From contig JAYWIR010000033.1 of NCBI GenBank assembly GCA_036172245.1, forward strand, positions 1,922,001 to 1,986,000: a DNA stretch of 64,000 bases. The letters run 5' to 3'. The translations under genes were made by a program, and so were the position numbers. Below the pieces are notes generated by a model. The model saw only the letters and a program-made list of their open reading frames with translations, was not told where the DNA came from and did no database searches. Below are positions 1 to 11,890 of the stretch, piece by piece. Origin of the DNA: Raillietiella orientalis. Its lineage: Eukaryota. Numbering within the stretch: the stretch's first letter is position 1; every line of letters begins with the position of its first letter.

Positions 1-3000
1 ATCCCCAAATTGCCCGGAAGCAAAAATCAACTCAGGGTCTTCCTTTCATTTCCAGTCATTTCTGGAAGTTCTCTCTTCTCTAAGGCTGATTTTCTGCTTC
101 ATTGTCCTGCCCTCGATCTGCGGTTAGGGACACGAGCATTCTTCCTCTTTCATCCCTGAAATGCTGTCTAGCGAATGAACAATGGCAAGGGGCATTTTAC
201 CCGGAGTTGAGATGACCACTGAAGAGCACCGAGCAGTGGGATGGGCAAGAAAGGAGGTTGGAAAATCGCAAAATCCCACCAGCAGCGTCGAAGTAGAGGT
301 GGTGGAATGGCAATGGGACGCTCAGGGAGCGTAGCAGCCGCTAGGCAAAACTCCGAAGCTCGCCATGCCTTCACTAAGATGCCTCCGGGAAATTGTGACC
401 TGATGTGGTTCAGTCATCACTGGCTCACAGTGTCTGCCTCTTGGTTTCATTAGAATACCTCGGCAAGGCGCGTTTCGTTGACATCATCAACTACAGAACC
501 ACGTCTCTTCCTGGCCGAAGGAAACCCGGAAACTGTCTATCCTCCTTCCCAACGAAATCGATTCCGCGGAACGTGGAGAATCTTCTCATCCCTGCAATTT
601 TCCCTGTCCTGTGCCAGCTGTCGTTTCACCATTCCGAAGATCCCCACCGCGCTCGGCAACGGGGAAGGCCTACTGCCCCACTGGCCTTGCAGCAGTGCCT
701 ACTTCACGGTGATAATGGGCTGCGAAAACTGGGGATCAGGAGATCCCTCCTCAGAGAAGAAGAAGGAAAGAAAGCCTCCGTGCTGTCCGACAATGCTGGG
801 AGGAAAAGAAGGCCTAGAAGAATCTCGAAAGTGGGAAAGACTCGGAATAGGTTTAGGAGGTGCTGGCATCAGATGCTGCCTCTGCGACTGCCGACATGGC
901 GGAAGTCCCCCAGCAGAAAGAGGAATCTTTTCGGATTGCATTCCCACTGACTCCGCCTCCGCGTTTCGCACGAGGACTCCAAGGAACTCCACAGCCTGGC
1001 AGAAGGATGTGTATCCACGGCGTTCGCGTCCTGGTGCTCGAGGAGTCTCCATAAGCAGCTGTGTGGACCTCCCTTTACGAATCCTGCCGTCTCGTGAAGC
1101 CATCGCTCCAGATTGCGGCTGCACAGCTACTGCTTGCACAGCCGCGTAGACTTCGAGATGGAGAGGATGGCTCGACGCTTTCCCCGAGGAAACTGGGACT
1201 ATTAAAAGATGAAAATCTGGGAATGTGATGAATGAAAACCGTGACATGATAAACATCCTTTCCCGAAAGAGGGGAACGTTCATCCCATTTATCAGAGCCA
1301 AGAAACCGAGGTGACTTATGGAGCATTTCGTCCCGGACCTGATATTCGCAGGGAATTCTAAAACTTTGAGTTCCATAAATCGGCCGGAAATCGAATTAAA
1401 AACTCCGCCAAGGGAGCAAGTTTAATGACGCACTTGGCATCTCATGACAAGCGTCACATCCCTCGCCTGATTGACTTGGAATTGGATTAGCGTCTCCACG
1501 GTAACGCACCTTTACCGGAACGATCCGTGTCCCTCACCAGCTCCCGTGGCACTGAATGCCATCCAAGTGCCGCGCTCCCCGCCTGCTATCGAGGAAGAGA
1601 TTACGGACGGACGAAAGCGAAGTACCAAACTGAGCCGATGAGCGTTCTTTTAGCCACTGTTGCACGGCAAAAGATCAGATTGAAATTATCATTTGTGAAA
1701 GCCAATTTCTAGAGCGAGCGTGTTGTGCCGTCAACATAACCAAAAGCATTAATCTTTGTCCCCCTTATCGAAAAGAAGGGACGTCTTTATCAGATGTTGG
1801 CAAGGCGATTGAAAATGAAGTGATCCATCAACGAATATCGACAGTCATTTGACAAATTGAGTTGATTTTGCTGGAACTCTTTTCTTCGACGAAAAGGAGC
1901 ATTTGCTCTGCGGAGCAAAGTGAACGAAGGACGAGATAACACGCTTTCTTGCTGGGGCAGAGAGCAGCCAAGTATCCGGGTTGACAAATGAATAATGAGC
2001 ACAATTGAGAAACTCAAGCGGCTCAAGATGAAACGAGCGCGCATCCTCCTTCACACTGCAGAGTACAGCTTCCAGATAACTCAGCAACCGTTGATATCGC
2101 CTCCAGCACGTGACACCAAGTTCGGGAACGGGCGGAAAATTCTGCTTAGATGATGAGGAAGCAACTCGAAGCAAAGGGAAAAAAGTGGAGCGTTCGATCG
2201 AACGAAAACCACGCGAATTTATTCCCTTCGGCAAAGAGCCGCGTCTCCATTAACCGCGTGCATTCGTTCCGGCCAAACAAACGAATGTTCCAGAATCCTG
2301 CTACAAGAAGCATCGAACTGCTGTCAAAGTGCACGAGGCTCAAAAATGATAAGCAACGAGCCTACTCACAAATATTTGCAGTTTTGAATGCAAGCAGTCA
2401 ACAGCCTTGGGGCGCACTTCAAACGTACTCGTGTATGCTGCGTTGTGCATCACCTAAAATCACACATCTGGATCTTGAGGAGCATCTGGATCAACTATGG
2501 GTGCAGCATCATCACACCATGGCATGATCGTGCCACGTTCATAGTTGGCATGCACGAGATGAGAAACACACTCAGTGACATCTGTGGACGCAGCTCCCAA
2601 CTGACCGGAGTCAACCGAGGAACGGAAACGGAACTCAACCCTCATCTGATATCGCGCCGCTCGCAATATCTGATCTTTAAAAGGATCTTCCAAGAGATCT
2701 TTTTTTTTTGTTTTCCGAAGGATCCTAGGAATTTCTTTTATCCGTCGCAGTTCAAAAGATCCCCAGACGTCACAAACTGCAGAGCAAGATGCACATCCAC
2801 TTGCAGACGCTGGAGCATCTGTCGTAAAATTTTACTTGCAATGAAACAGTTCATACTGAAATAAAATAAAATAAAAAACAACAGCAACAACAAAGGTCAT
2901 TCCCGCATGGTGGAGCTTTAAATCTCACCACATTCGTTCCTGCCCAGGAGACGTCCATGCTGACAAGCAGTCCGTCCCGCGAGGTCCGCTTGGGGAAGAA

Positions 3001-4049
3001 GAGGAGGGAAGAATCGGAAATCAAAATGAATAAATGGATCTGCTTTAAGAGGAGGGGACCACGAGGAGGTTGATTGCCTGGATCATTCTTCTTTATGACC
3101 CTGGCAAATGCCTCTTCAGGTAACTTCGGCTGAGACCATCTCTCCGTGACCCCGATGAAAGAAGTAACGATGGGATGATGGCGTCCCTGCAGCCTCCCGA
3201 CGTGGCCTCGAGCCACAACCATTGCTCAGGAGCAGAAGAGAGCTGCGTTCGTTGAGGCAGCAGACACGCGGACTCCTATCACGAAGCAGTGCCTGACTAT
3301 GCCTCGCGGATTGTCCCTCTAAATACAGGAACTGCATCAGGCTAAAGGAAAAGGAAGGTGGCGCGAAACGTAAAGCTGGAAGTTCACACCCCATCCGCTG
3401 GACCGATGCAGCAAAGAGAGAAATGCGACAACAATCGTTCATTGCCTTTATCGTGGCCAAGTTTCGCTTTTTTGCTTTTCCTGAGAAACCCTGGAAAGTG
3501 GCGATTCCGGCAACCTGTGGGGAACGCAGTTGGGTTGCGCAATGTGCAGAACAGTCGGTGTGAGTTTCCTTGCCAACGAGAACAGGGGAAAAAAAAAAAG
3601 AATGAAGGTGGGGATGCACCATCTCCCGAGCTGTGGGAGAGAGACAAGCACGAATTTCAAACTGCAAATTGAAAGCCCCTCCTCCTTTCCCCCTTTCCTC
3701 CCCTTCCACCCCATCTTCCGCGGAGGAGGAGGTGGACCGGAGGAGGGAGAAGTAAGCGTTACCGGAAATGTGAATCACCAAATCAGGAACTCCAAATGCT
3801 CAACATCCACATACGATCGTGGACGCGTTATAATGCATCCACGATCCCACTGATTCTTTCCTGAAAACCAGATAAAGCAAATAAGTTTAGCATTTCCAGA
3901 GAGAGAGACGATTGCAGTTGGCGAGAATTCGTGGCTCTGGGATGACGAATCGTATTTAAATGAAAAAAAAAACCGTGTGACCCCATCCGCGGAAGTGACA
4001 GCTGATTTCAAGCCGGCTGAAGAGTCATCCACTTGGAGTGTTATTTCTC

Positions 4050-4610
4050 AAATGGACGCATTGTACAGAGACCGCTGAAATGGGTATCTTTTGCACGATG
4101 CAGGCAAATGCAGACAGCCGTTTTGGATCCGGAATGGACCGTCGGAGGAAACCTTATATTGAAGTCGACAACTTGATCTCTTAGCTGGTGGCAGACCCTG
4201 ACGTGGTATTCTGCACACGGAGGTCGGTGTCCTCGCAGTGTCTGCAAAATTTAAGGGTGTTTTCGGAGTGCCCCGAAAGGTAGAGAGATCCTCCAACCAG
4301 TCGTCCCAAGAATTCATGGATCCAGGATGACGAGCCGTGGCACGTAAAAACAGATGAAATCGCTTGGCAACCACGGCTCGACGGCTGTCACAAAGAGCAG
4401 TTTTGTGGGCGCAGCACGAAGAGATCGCAAACGATTTCACGCTTCCTGCCCAAATCAATCTGCGGAGCAAGCAAACAGTTTCCCTGAATATACGCGTCCT
4501 TTACAGTTCGTCCACGTTGCCATGGATCCTTCCCCGAGGATCGAATGAAGCAGCTCTTGAAGAGGAAGAGGCGGTTCCAGCTTCCCTAAGAATTCATGAG
4601 TTCAGGGCGA
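4050..4610 (+). mobile_element. Decayed Tx1/L1-like LINE ORF2 remnant (post-RT region)
   Basis: KFKGVFGVP (KYLG-like) followed by LATTARRLSQRAVLWAQ...FTLPAQ, resembling the LSxxGRxxLxxxVL...LP segment; broken by stops. Confidence 0.35.
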
Positions 4611-7600
4611 CGTAAATAAATGAAGCCGCGTGACAGTTACGACCATTGAACAAAGTCATGCTGATGGCATCCACATCCAAACAACCGAAGATCACTCGAG
4701 TCTGAACAAGCCCGAAGGGATCCAGATGGCATGTGCGAAGAAAGAAAAAAAAAAAAAAAAAAAATCTCCCCTGTTGACCAAGGTGAGAAAACGTATGGGA
4801 GCGCCGGTGCGCGCGCCCACCCTCATCATTCGGTGGAGCCTCAGTGGCTTCCGCAGCAGCGGATCTGGAGGAAAGTCAGATGCAGAACAGAATCGTCTCC
4901 AGCAACACAGCCTCCCCGACAGCCCCTTTTTGTGTGCCTTCGTGTGCTGACCCGCCGACGCAAAAGGTGCCACCCTCGGGAATTTGCACATCCCGATATT
5001 CGTTATCCTGAAAGCGCTTGGAGGTCGTGCTGATTATAAGTTCCTTACGAGTTCGTCATGGCGATCCGCAGAAGAAAGAAAATGGGTTTTCTGAAATGTC
5101 TTCGGAGGTTTTCAAAAAGTCTTCCGATGTCAAACCAATGACTGCGAGAACACTCGTAGAATGATGTAGAACGTGAAAGAATAAGATAATCCGAACGGCT
5201 GCATCCCTTCATTCGAGATTTCCGAATGTGATTGGGATGGAATCGCAGCGATGAAAGAGAATGGAAATGTGTTCCAAAGTTCCATTAGATAAGGGAGTCT
5301 CCCCTATGTTCCTACGAACTCCTTTTTTTTTTTTTCCAGCAACGGAATCCTTCGCCCTACGAAGTGTTAACAAATCCGCGGTTGCGTCGAATCTTTGCGT
5401 CCACGAATACAGTTCGTAAGGTGCGTACACAAATGCGTGTACGTGTACTCTCCATCAAGGTCACATTATGAATTCACACCAACCGGCTTCGGAGCAGTTC
5501 GAATTCGGCGCGCGCAAGGGATCCAAGATTGAGGAAACGAGATGAGACCTGGACCGACAACGGATGCTGCGGAAATGCAAGGGTGAGGATGATTGCTTGG
5601 TGTCATCGCTGGTCAGTCTCCGTATGATCTGCTGCTCTCACGCTTAGGTGTGTGTGTGTGTCTGTTTTTTTTTTTTTTTTTTTTTCCGAATAGAAGCGCG
5701 CGAGAGGAAATAAAGGCTTCCGAGTTTCCTTCCCCGAGTATCCTCTTGTAAGTGGGGTTGGTCGATCATTGCAGCCGCGTTGGAATTTGTCCTCCCATCA
5801 GGGAGCACATCTTTTGCGATCATCTCCTGAAGGAAAAAGAGGGGAATGTGTCTGCCGTCACGTGTTGCTGGATCGGGAGTAAAGGGCAGAAGAATGCAAT
5901 GCTGCCTTCAATTGGGGACGTTCGAAAAGAGCTTCTCGAAGGTACCGGAGACCTAAGAAAGAAAACGGAAAGCAAACAGCATCCCTTCTCTTGCTTAACA
6001 AGAGAAGGAAGAAAAAAAAAAAACGCCTGGTGTGAATTTCCCTCTAAATTTATGCCAATAATAAATCTCAAAAATGATCATTTTTCATCACTCAACCAAT
6101 GCGTTCCTGAGAGACGATGAACAAAACATAGCCAAGCCGAATCAAAGAATAGCTCTTCGACTAAACAAAAATCTTGGCTTGCTGAAGCCTTAGATGAGAA
6201 CCAAAGTGGTCTTTCGAACTGTTTAGATAAGTACATCTTGAAGCGAATTTCTTCGGAAACAAACATTGATCCACCCCTCCGCCGCCGTCCTGAAGGAAAT
6301 TCAACCGAGGAAGGCGTCACTTTGAGATGCAGCACATTTCCGCGTGCCGAACGGGTTCTTGCAGAGCTGCATCGCAGCTGCTGTACCTTTCGGCTCGCGC
6401 AGCATCCCGCGTTTTACGGAGCGAAACTTGCGCGGGCAGCGAGCCGAGCCGATTTCCGGAAAAGCTTGTACACTGCAGGCAGCATCCGTGTGGTGCAACA
6501 GCTCCGGATCCACTACGGCCCATGCTCTGGATGATCGAACATGCTTACGCTCATTCCTTTGACCTGCCGTGTACATCACTTGTGTACACGCGCCAGCTTG
6601 CCTGCTGAGTGGCAATGCCGAGTTTCCCCTTCGCCGTGACTTCTGGAAGGAAATCCTTTACCGCACGTTCGTGCTTAAGCGGAAGTGTGGTAAGCAGCAA
6701 ACCACATATACAATTACAGGAAAAAACGGCGCCATAATGGCAGCTGATAATGAGATTTCAGCTGTGCAGCTCGACTTGTGAGGATTACCATGGAATTAAT
6801 TTCCCGGGCAAAAACTTTCGCATAGATTTGCGGGCACTGGAAGTTTTTGGAAAGAGCATTCAGTGCTGCCTTCCAGGCCCACGTATTGGTATTGGGTTTC
6901 CGACGGATCGATGAAACCATTAAATAAGCTATGTAGTTCTGTACGTCAAACCTGCGCGCTGCCAATCTTTCAAGCTGGAAGGCGTGCGTGGTTTTGTTTC
7001 CAATGGGAAAACAAAACCGCCACGCCTTGCGCTAAATAAAAAACACACAAAAAATCGGCGGTTTATCAAACGAACGGACGTGACCGAGGGCAGCAGCGTT
7101 GCAGAGAATGCACGAAGAGAAATCTCAGTGAATTCTCTCCTTCCCTCACTTCCGTCCTCCGTGGTACCATTTGTTTTTCGTCTCCCTTTTTGTTTTGTCT
7201 CGTCCTGTTTTTTTTTTTTTTTTTTTTTCCTTCCCCCTTTTGGTGGTGCTCCAATCCCTTTTTCAAACACAAGAAAGTCATCACGCAGGTAAGTTGGACG
7301 GTTGCCGTTTACCGCAAGCAGGGCGGAGGGGGGGGGCACGAAACTAAATAAACAGAGTATCTCTGTGGAGAAGAGAAGGGTGGAGCGAGGAGGTCGGCAG
7401 TGTCCCGTGTCGCCGTTTCACCTCCCACCCGGGGTTCTTCCTATCGCCACCTCAGGAGGCCACCCTGAGGAGGAAAGCGTAAGGAAAGGAGCCTTGGCGG
7501 GTGCTCGGGTCCTTCATCCGGATGGCTCGTAGCGGCTGCCCGTGCCTCCGACCCGTGACGAAGCGAGCGGCGCTCCGAAACTCAACCCGAGAGGCTGAGA

Positions 7601-8079
7601 CATTCGGAAGATGCAGCGCCGAAGGAAATCTCGCAGAGCAGCATCCGAATCTGTGCTTTTCGACGCACCCGATACTCGGTGTTCCACGTGACACGGGAGC
7701 AAGGTCAAAGGGAGTCCAACGGTTCGCCACGTCCGCTGCGACATGCTCCGAAACCATGCCTCAGTCGTCGAGCTTGAGAGAGCGCAGGGATTGCCGGGCC
7801 CTCCGGGGCTGCTTCCAGCAACAGGTCCCAGAAACTCTCAAGTACCACCGCTCTACGGAAGGCCGAGAGCCCATTCATCCACGGATGGATCTTTGCAGCG
7901 CGAAAATGCACGCAGACGAGCACACTTGCGCCCGCTCCTTGCTCGCTGACCGATGCTGCATCTTCCCGGGCAACCAGCAGGACAGAAGCATCTCATACGT
8001 ACACCCAAGAACTTCCGCATAGCTGCTGCTGTTTTGACGACAGCGCATAGATAATGAACACATTAATGGTTGGGCATTC

Positions 8080-8082
<3 letters not shown>

Positions 8083-8115
<33 letters not shown>
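8083..8115. repeat. (TC)n microsatellite
   Basis: Directly visible TC dinucleotide run with one interruption. Confidence 0.95.
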
Positions 8116-8579
8116 TTCTGGTTCATATTTCCGTATCCCAAACATAATTTTTGTTAGTCTCACAGCTCACTGCTGCATCGTCGTGCATTCTCCGATGTCA
8201 TCTTTCCTCCGACGAGAGGGATCATCGTGCATTGATTACGGGAAAGGGGGTGCACATACGGGACGATACTCCTCCGTAGCAAATCGAGGATTGATCGCAG
8301 ACAAATAGCGAAAGAAAAACGGAAGTGAATAAAAAAAAGAAAAAAAAAAGGAATACATCGGGATATACTTCCGCTTTTCGATGCAACGCGAGCGTGTGCA
8401 AAAGTGTCCTGCAATGTGTCGATGAATTTTTCCTCTCTCGGGGGATCGGAAGCACTCAACTCTGAAACTTTGTCAGAATCAAGGAAACTGGGATTGTCCC
8501 GTTGCCGGTCGGGCTTATCGTTCTCCCCCTCCCCTCCCCCAAAGATCTCACGAATAAATGAAAATACTGCATAAATCCA

Positions 8580-9200
8580 CTCCGTTCCCTGATGTGCCAC
8601 TTTGCTAAAGGGATCTTTTCTTCCCCACAGCTGGTAATCAGCTCCTTCGGACGATCCCTTCCACCCCGAAATCAGAGGTCGTTTCGAGCTGCCGCAGGGA
8701 CCGCGCACTTTCGAATCCACACGCCTGTCTATAGGTCGCATGTCTCAATGTCGCACATACGCACATTCCAAATAGTGGTCAAAGCCCAACCTATTTGGGA
8801 CACGAACGCCGAGTGCAAACAGTTGGATCGTCTTGGAGTGACCCGGGGGCGGCCGGATGGATTCCGCAGCAGGGACTCTGCGAGGCGATGGGTCGATCTC
8901 AGATCCCAGTACCTCGGGATTGCACCGTGGGCTGTTTCCTGCTTTTAAAAAGCCTCAGGAAGTGTTCTCTTCGGGAAAGGCTGCCAAAGACGCAGGAAGA
9001 GCACACAGATGCAGCGCGCGCTGGGGTTGGATTTTCCTGTGGAGAAAAAAACCTCGAAGAGCAGTGCGGGGTTCCCACTTGGTCTCTCTGGTCGGGTGGC
9101 CATTCCACCGAATGGAAATTGCATTTCGATCCTCCAGGCCACAGCAAATCAGTTGGTATCACTTGAAAGAAACCAAAAACAGCGTTATTGAGAGCTTTGA
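8580..9200 (+). mobile_element. Decayed Tx1/L1-like RT C-terminal remnant
   Basis: Motifs in the expected order across frameshifts: APSDD (YADD-like, ~8641), SQYLGIAP (YLG, ~8910), PLGLSGRVAIPPN (LSLxGRxxxxN, ~9080). Confidence 0.55.
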
Positions 9201-10151
9201 GGTCACGACCTGCGTGCACTTGGAAGCAAAGCAAGCAGCCTCTGAAAAATAAACGCTCTTGAATTTTCCATCCCCCCTCCCCCGTTTTTGTTCGGCTCCG
9301 AAAAATTCATCAGATGGGATTTCAGAAGAATGCTCGAGAAAACAGGAATTAGTTCGATGATGCGTTCTCGATGCTGCTGCATTCGGTAAACTAGCTAATA
9401 GGGGACGAATATAGGATTCATCAAGTAGGTGCCGGTGATGGAAGAAGAGTTAAGATTCCATCCGACTGAGAAAACTGATCTGAGCAAAAGCATTTCAAAA
9501 CAGCAGTGTTCCAAGGCCCCTCTGTGACCATTAGGAAACACGTTATAATTAAAAAGAAAGGAATCCCACTTTCGGAATGATCTCCTGAAAACACCACCCT
9601 GAAAAAGTATTGCAGAAAGATGCGCATCCCTCTCTTATTTCGAAAAAAAAAAAAAAAAAAAAGGCAGGGACTCCCGCCGTTTCCACTGAACCAGGAGAAC
9701 TTCCTTGTCTGATAGAAGTGGACAGTGAGACCGATTTCTTGTGTGTGTGTGTGTTTTTCTAAAAAGAAGCTTGTCAGCTGCAATTATCGTTTATCTCTTT
9801 CCATCCACCAAAGGACTTTGAAAAGACATCACGATTTCTCCCAGTCACGTGGTTCTCCACATTTCAAAATCACGCTGCCGGTTGATGGACGGAGGTTCTG
9901 CATGGGAAACGGAAATGCTGTTTCTTTCTGCTGTTCACTTTTCCGGGAAAACTTTCGAAAAAACAGCATCCGTTGCTTTCGATCTCATCCAAATATAAAG
10001 TGCTCCTCCACTCAAAGTGTCCCAGCTTGGAAGCTGCGTGTACCCGTACGCATCCGTGTCTTTCACGTTCATTCCACCATTACCAGTTTCGTGCAAACCT
10101 GTCTGCATCACGAGCAGAAAAAAAGCGAAAAAAAAAAAAAAAGGTTTTTGC

Positions 10152-10265
10152 TCACAAGTGGAATCTTCTTTAATGCATCTGTCTCTGAAGAAAACTCTTC
10201 CGAAAGATTCCACTTGTGAATCTTCTTTAATGCATCTGTCTCTGAAGAAAACTCTTCCGAAGATT
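10152..10265. repeat. 44-bp direct duplication joined by a 16-bp inverted copy
   Basis: 10161-10204 = 10218-10261 (GAATCTTC...CTTCCGAA). 10152-10167 TCACAAGTGGAATCTT is the reverse complement of 10204-10219. Confidence 0.95.
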
Positions 10266-11016
10266 TTTGCGGCCGATGGAGCTTGAAACTGAAGCAGTCG
10301 CGGTACAAACGTACACGACATGCAAGAAACTGATCCCCGAAGCCTCCTAATTACAGCCATTTCGAGCTTTCCATAATGAGTAATTGCGTGGTTTTCCTTA
10401 TGCCCATAAAAAAAAAAAAAAATAAAAAAAAAAAATGAAGTGGAGAAAGGTCGCAACGTAATGACGGCATTCAGAGAATTTTTCCATGCGCATCACTTTC
10501 AGTTAGTATATATTTCCATCAGGAGAGATCATTATTTCGGTTGCTGGAAGATGATGTAGCAATTACTCAAACTAAATATCTTTTTTTTTTTTTTGTCGGA
10601 AGCGGGACGGATAAAATATCTGGATGCTGAAGAACAGTCCCGCTTTGGTGAAATTCACCTCAGTGGCCGTCCCAGAATTTCCCTATGACGACGGAAATCC
10701 TAAGTGTTCCGTGAAAAATTATGAAGAATGCACAAGATTAAAATTTGAGAATAAATGTTTGTTTTGTTTTTCGTGACTCTTGTACTTGCTTCCTTTAATT
10801 AATTTATCATTGATGTCTTCCTACCCCATAAAACAACGGAGGCGTTCCGTGAAAACTTAACACTTGCTGACTTTCCGCGGAACCCACTTTGGAAAACTCT
10901 GGGCTAGGCAATAGTCTCCCTCTCTGCACATGGCTGCTGCACATGTACCAATTACAAACCAATGTGTCGAATAAGCATGACCACTTCTGCTGATTAACCC
11001 TTTGAGTGCCATCGGC

Positions 11017-11890
11017 CGACTACGCCTGCCTCCGGAGAGGGAGGCACGCTAGGCAGACCCTGCAGCAGATCGTGCAGAACCCACGGAATCTGTTTGCCCC
11101 CCTCGCCCCACTGCTGCCCTCCCTCGAGACCGCCAGAGACAGCAAAGATCCGGCAACGCGGGAAGTGTCCTGCCTCATCGGAGGCAGGAAAAAACTTTTG
11201 AAGGCAACTCGGCAGCTAGCGGGCACCGCGACCCCGAGTGTCCCACCTGAAGGACTTCTTTACTCTGGAGCGAGCTGCTCGCGATACCCTCCGGAGGAGA
11301 TGAAGTGGCCCCCGGCCAGCTGGAACAGTGGCACCCTCCCCCTCAAGTGGTGAGACATGGCGTTGCTAGTGCTGCATCGGGGAATCCCATGCTGAGCACG
11401 GCTATACCACTGAATACTTGGGAGTGTGGATGCCCGCTGAGAAAGGTGAGGCGCCAAAGAGAATCTGCCGCACCTTGTGATGGACTGTGCCACCCTCCGA
11501 CGATCCTAGACATCCTCGGAGGTGGCCCCAGGGACATTTTCGAGCGTCTCTGCATGCGTGCCGCTCTGCCCCCGGCCACGTCCCTGGCAGTTCTCTGCTG
11601 CAGTCGCGGAATCGTGGCGGCCTGGAACGCATCGAGAAGACGCCAGAATGGCAGGGATGCCATCCATTGGAGACGTCTCTTCTTGAAGACGGCATCCTGA
11701 TAATGCCACCTGGGCAACGTGATGACGCAAGTTGCAGGTATCCTGAACAGGATACAGAGGATGTCTCCCAGCGAGCAGTAATCCCTTCCCTGCTCTCCCT
11801 TCCCTCAGAACATCTCCCCCCACCCCTGTTGTACTTTTTGTTCCTTTTTTCGTTTGTCTTTTTCCCGTGGAAACGGACCCCGCCGGCGTC
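11017..11890 (+). mobile_element. 5'-truncated decayed Tx1/L1-like LINE, ORF2 C-terminus (zf-RVT-like) plus pyrimidine-rich 3' end
   Basis: Across frameshifts: LRLPPERGG (LPxxxGGLG motif), LPLKW*DMALLVLHRGIP, CGCPL..GAKENLPHLVMDC (CCHC-type finger), GIVAAWNASR. Confidence 0.65.

Noticed and set aside
2400..2560. Possible Tc1/mariner transposase trace on the - strand (RGTIMPW, VMHNAAY)
   Set aside because: Only two weak motif echoes; no SPDLNPIE motif and no TIRs found.
7500..7900. Possible Tx1 ORF1 remnant (ETFGRC...HPILGVPRDTGAR...RGCF)
   Set aside because: Resemblance too weak and the zinc knuckle is not recoverable.
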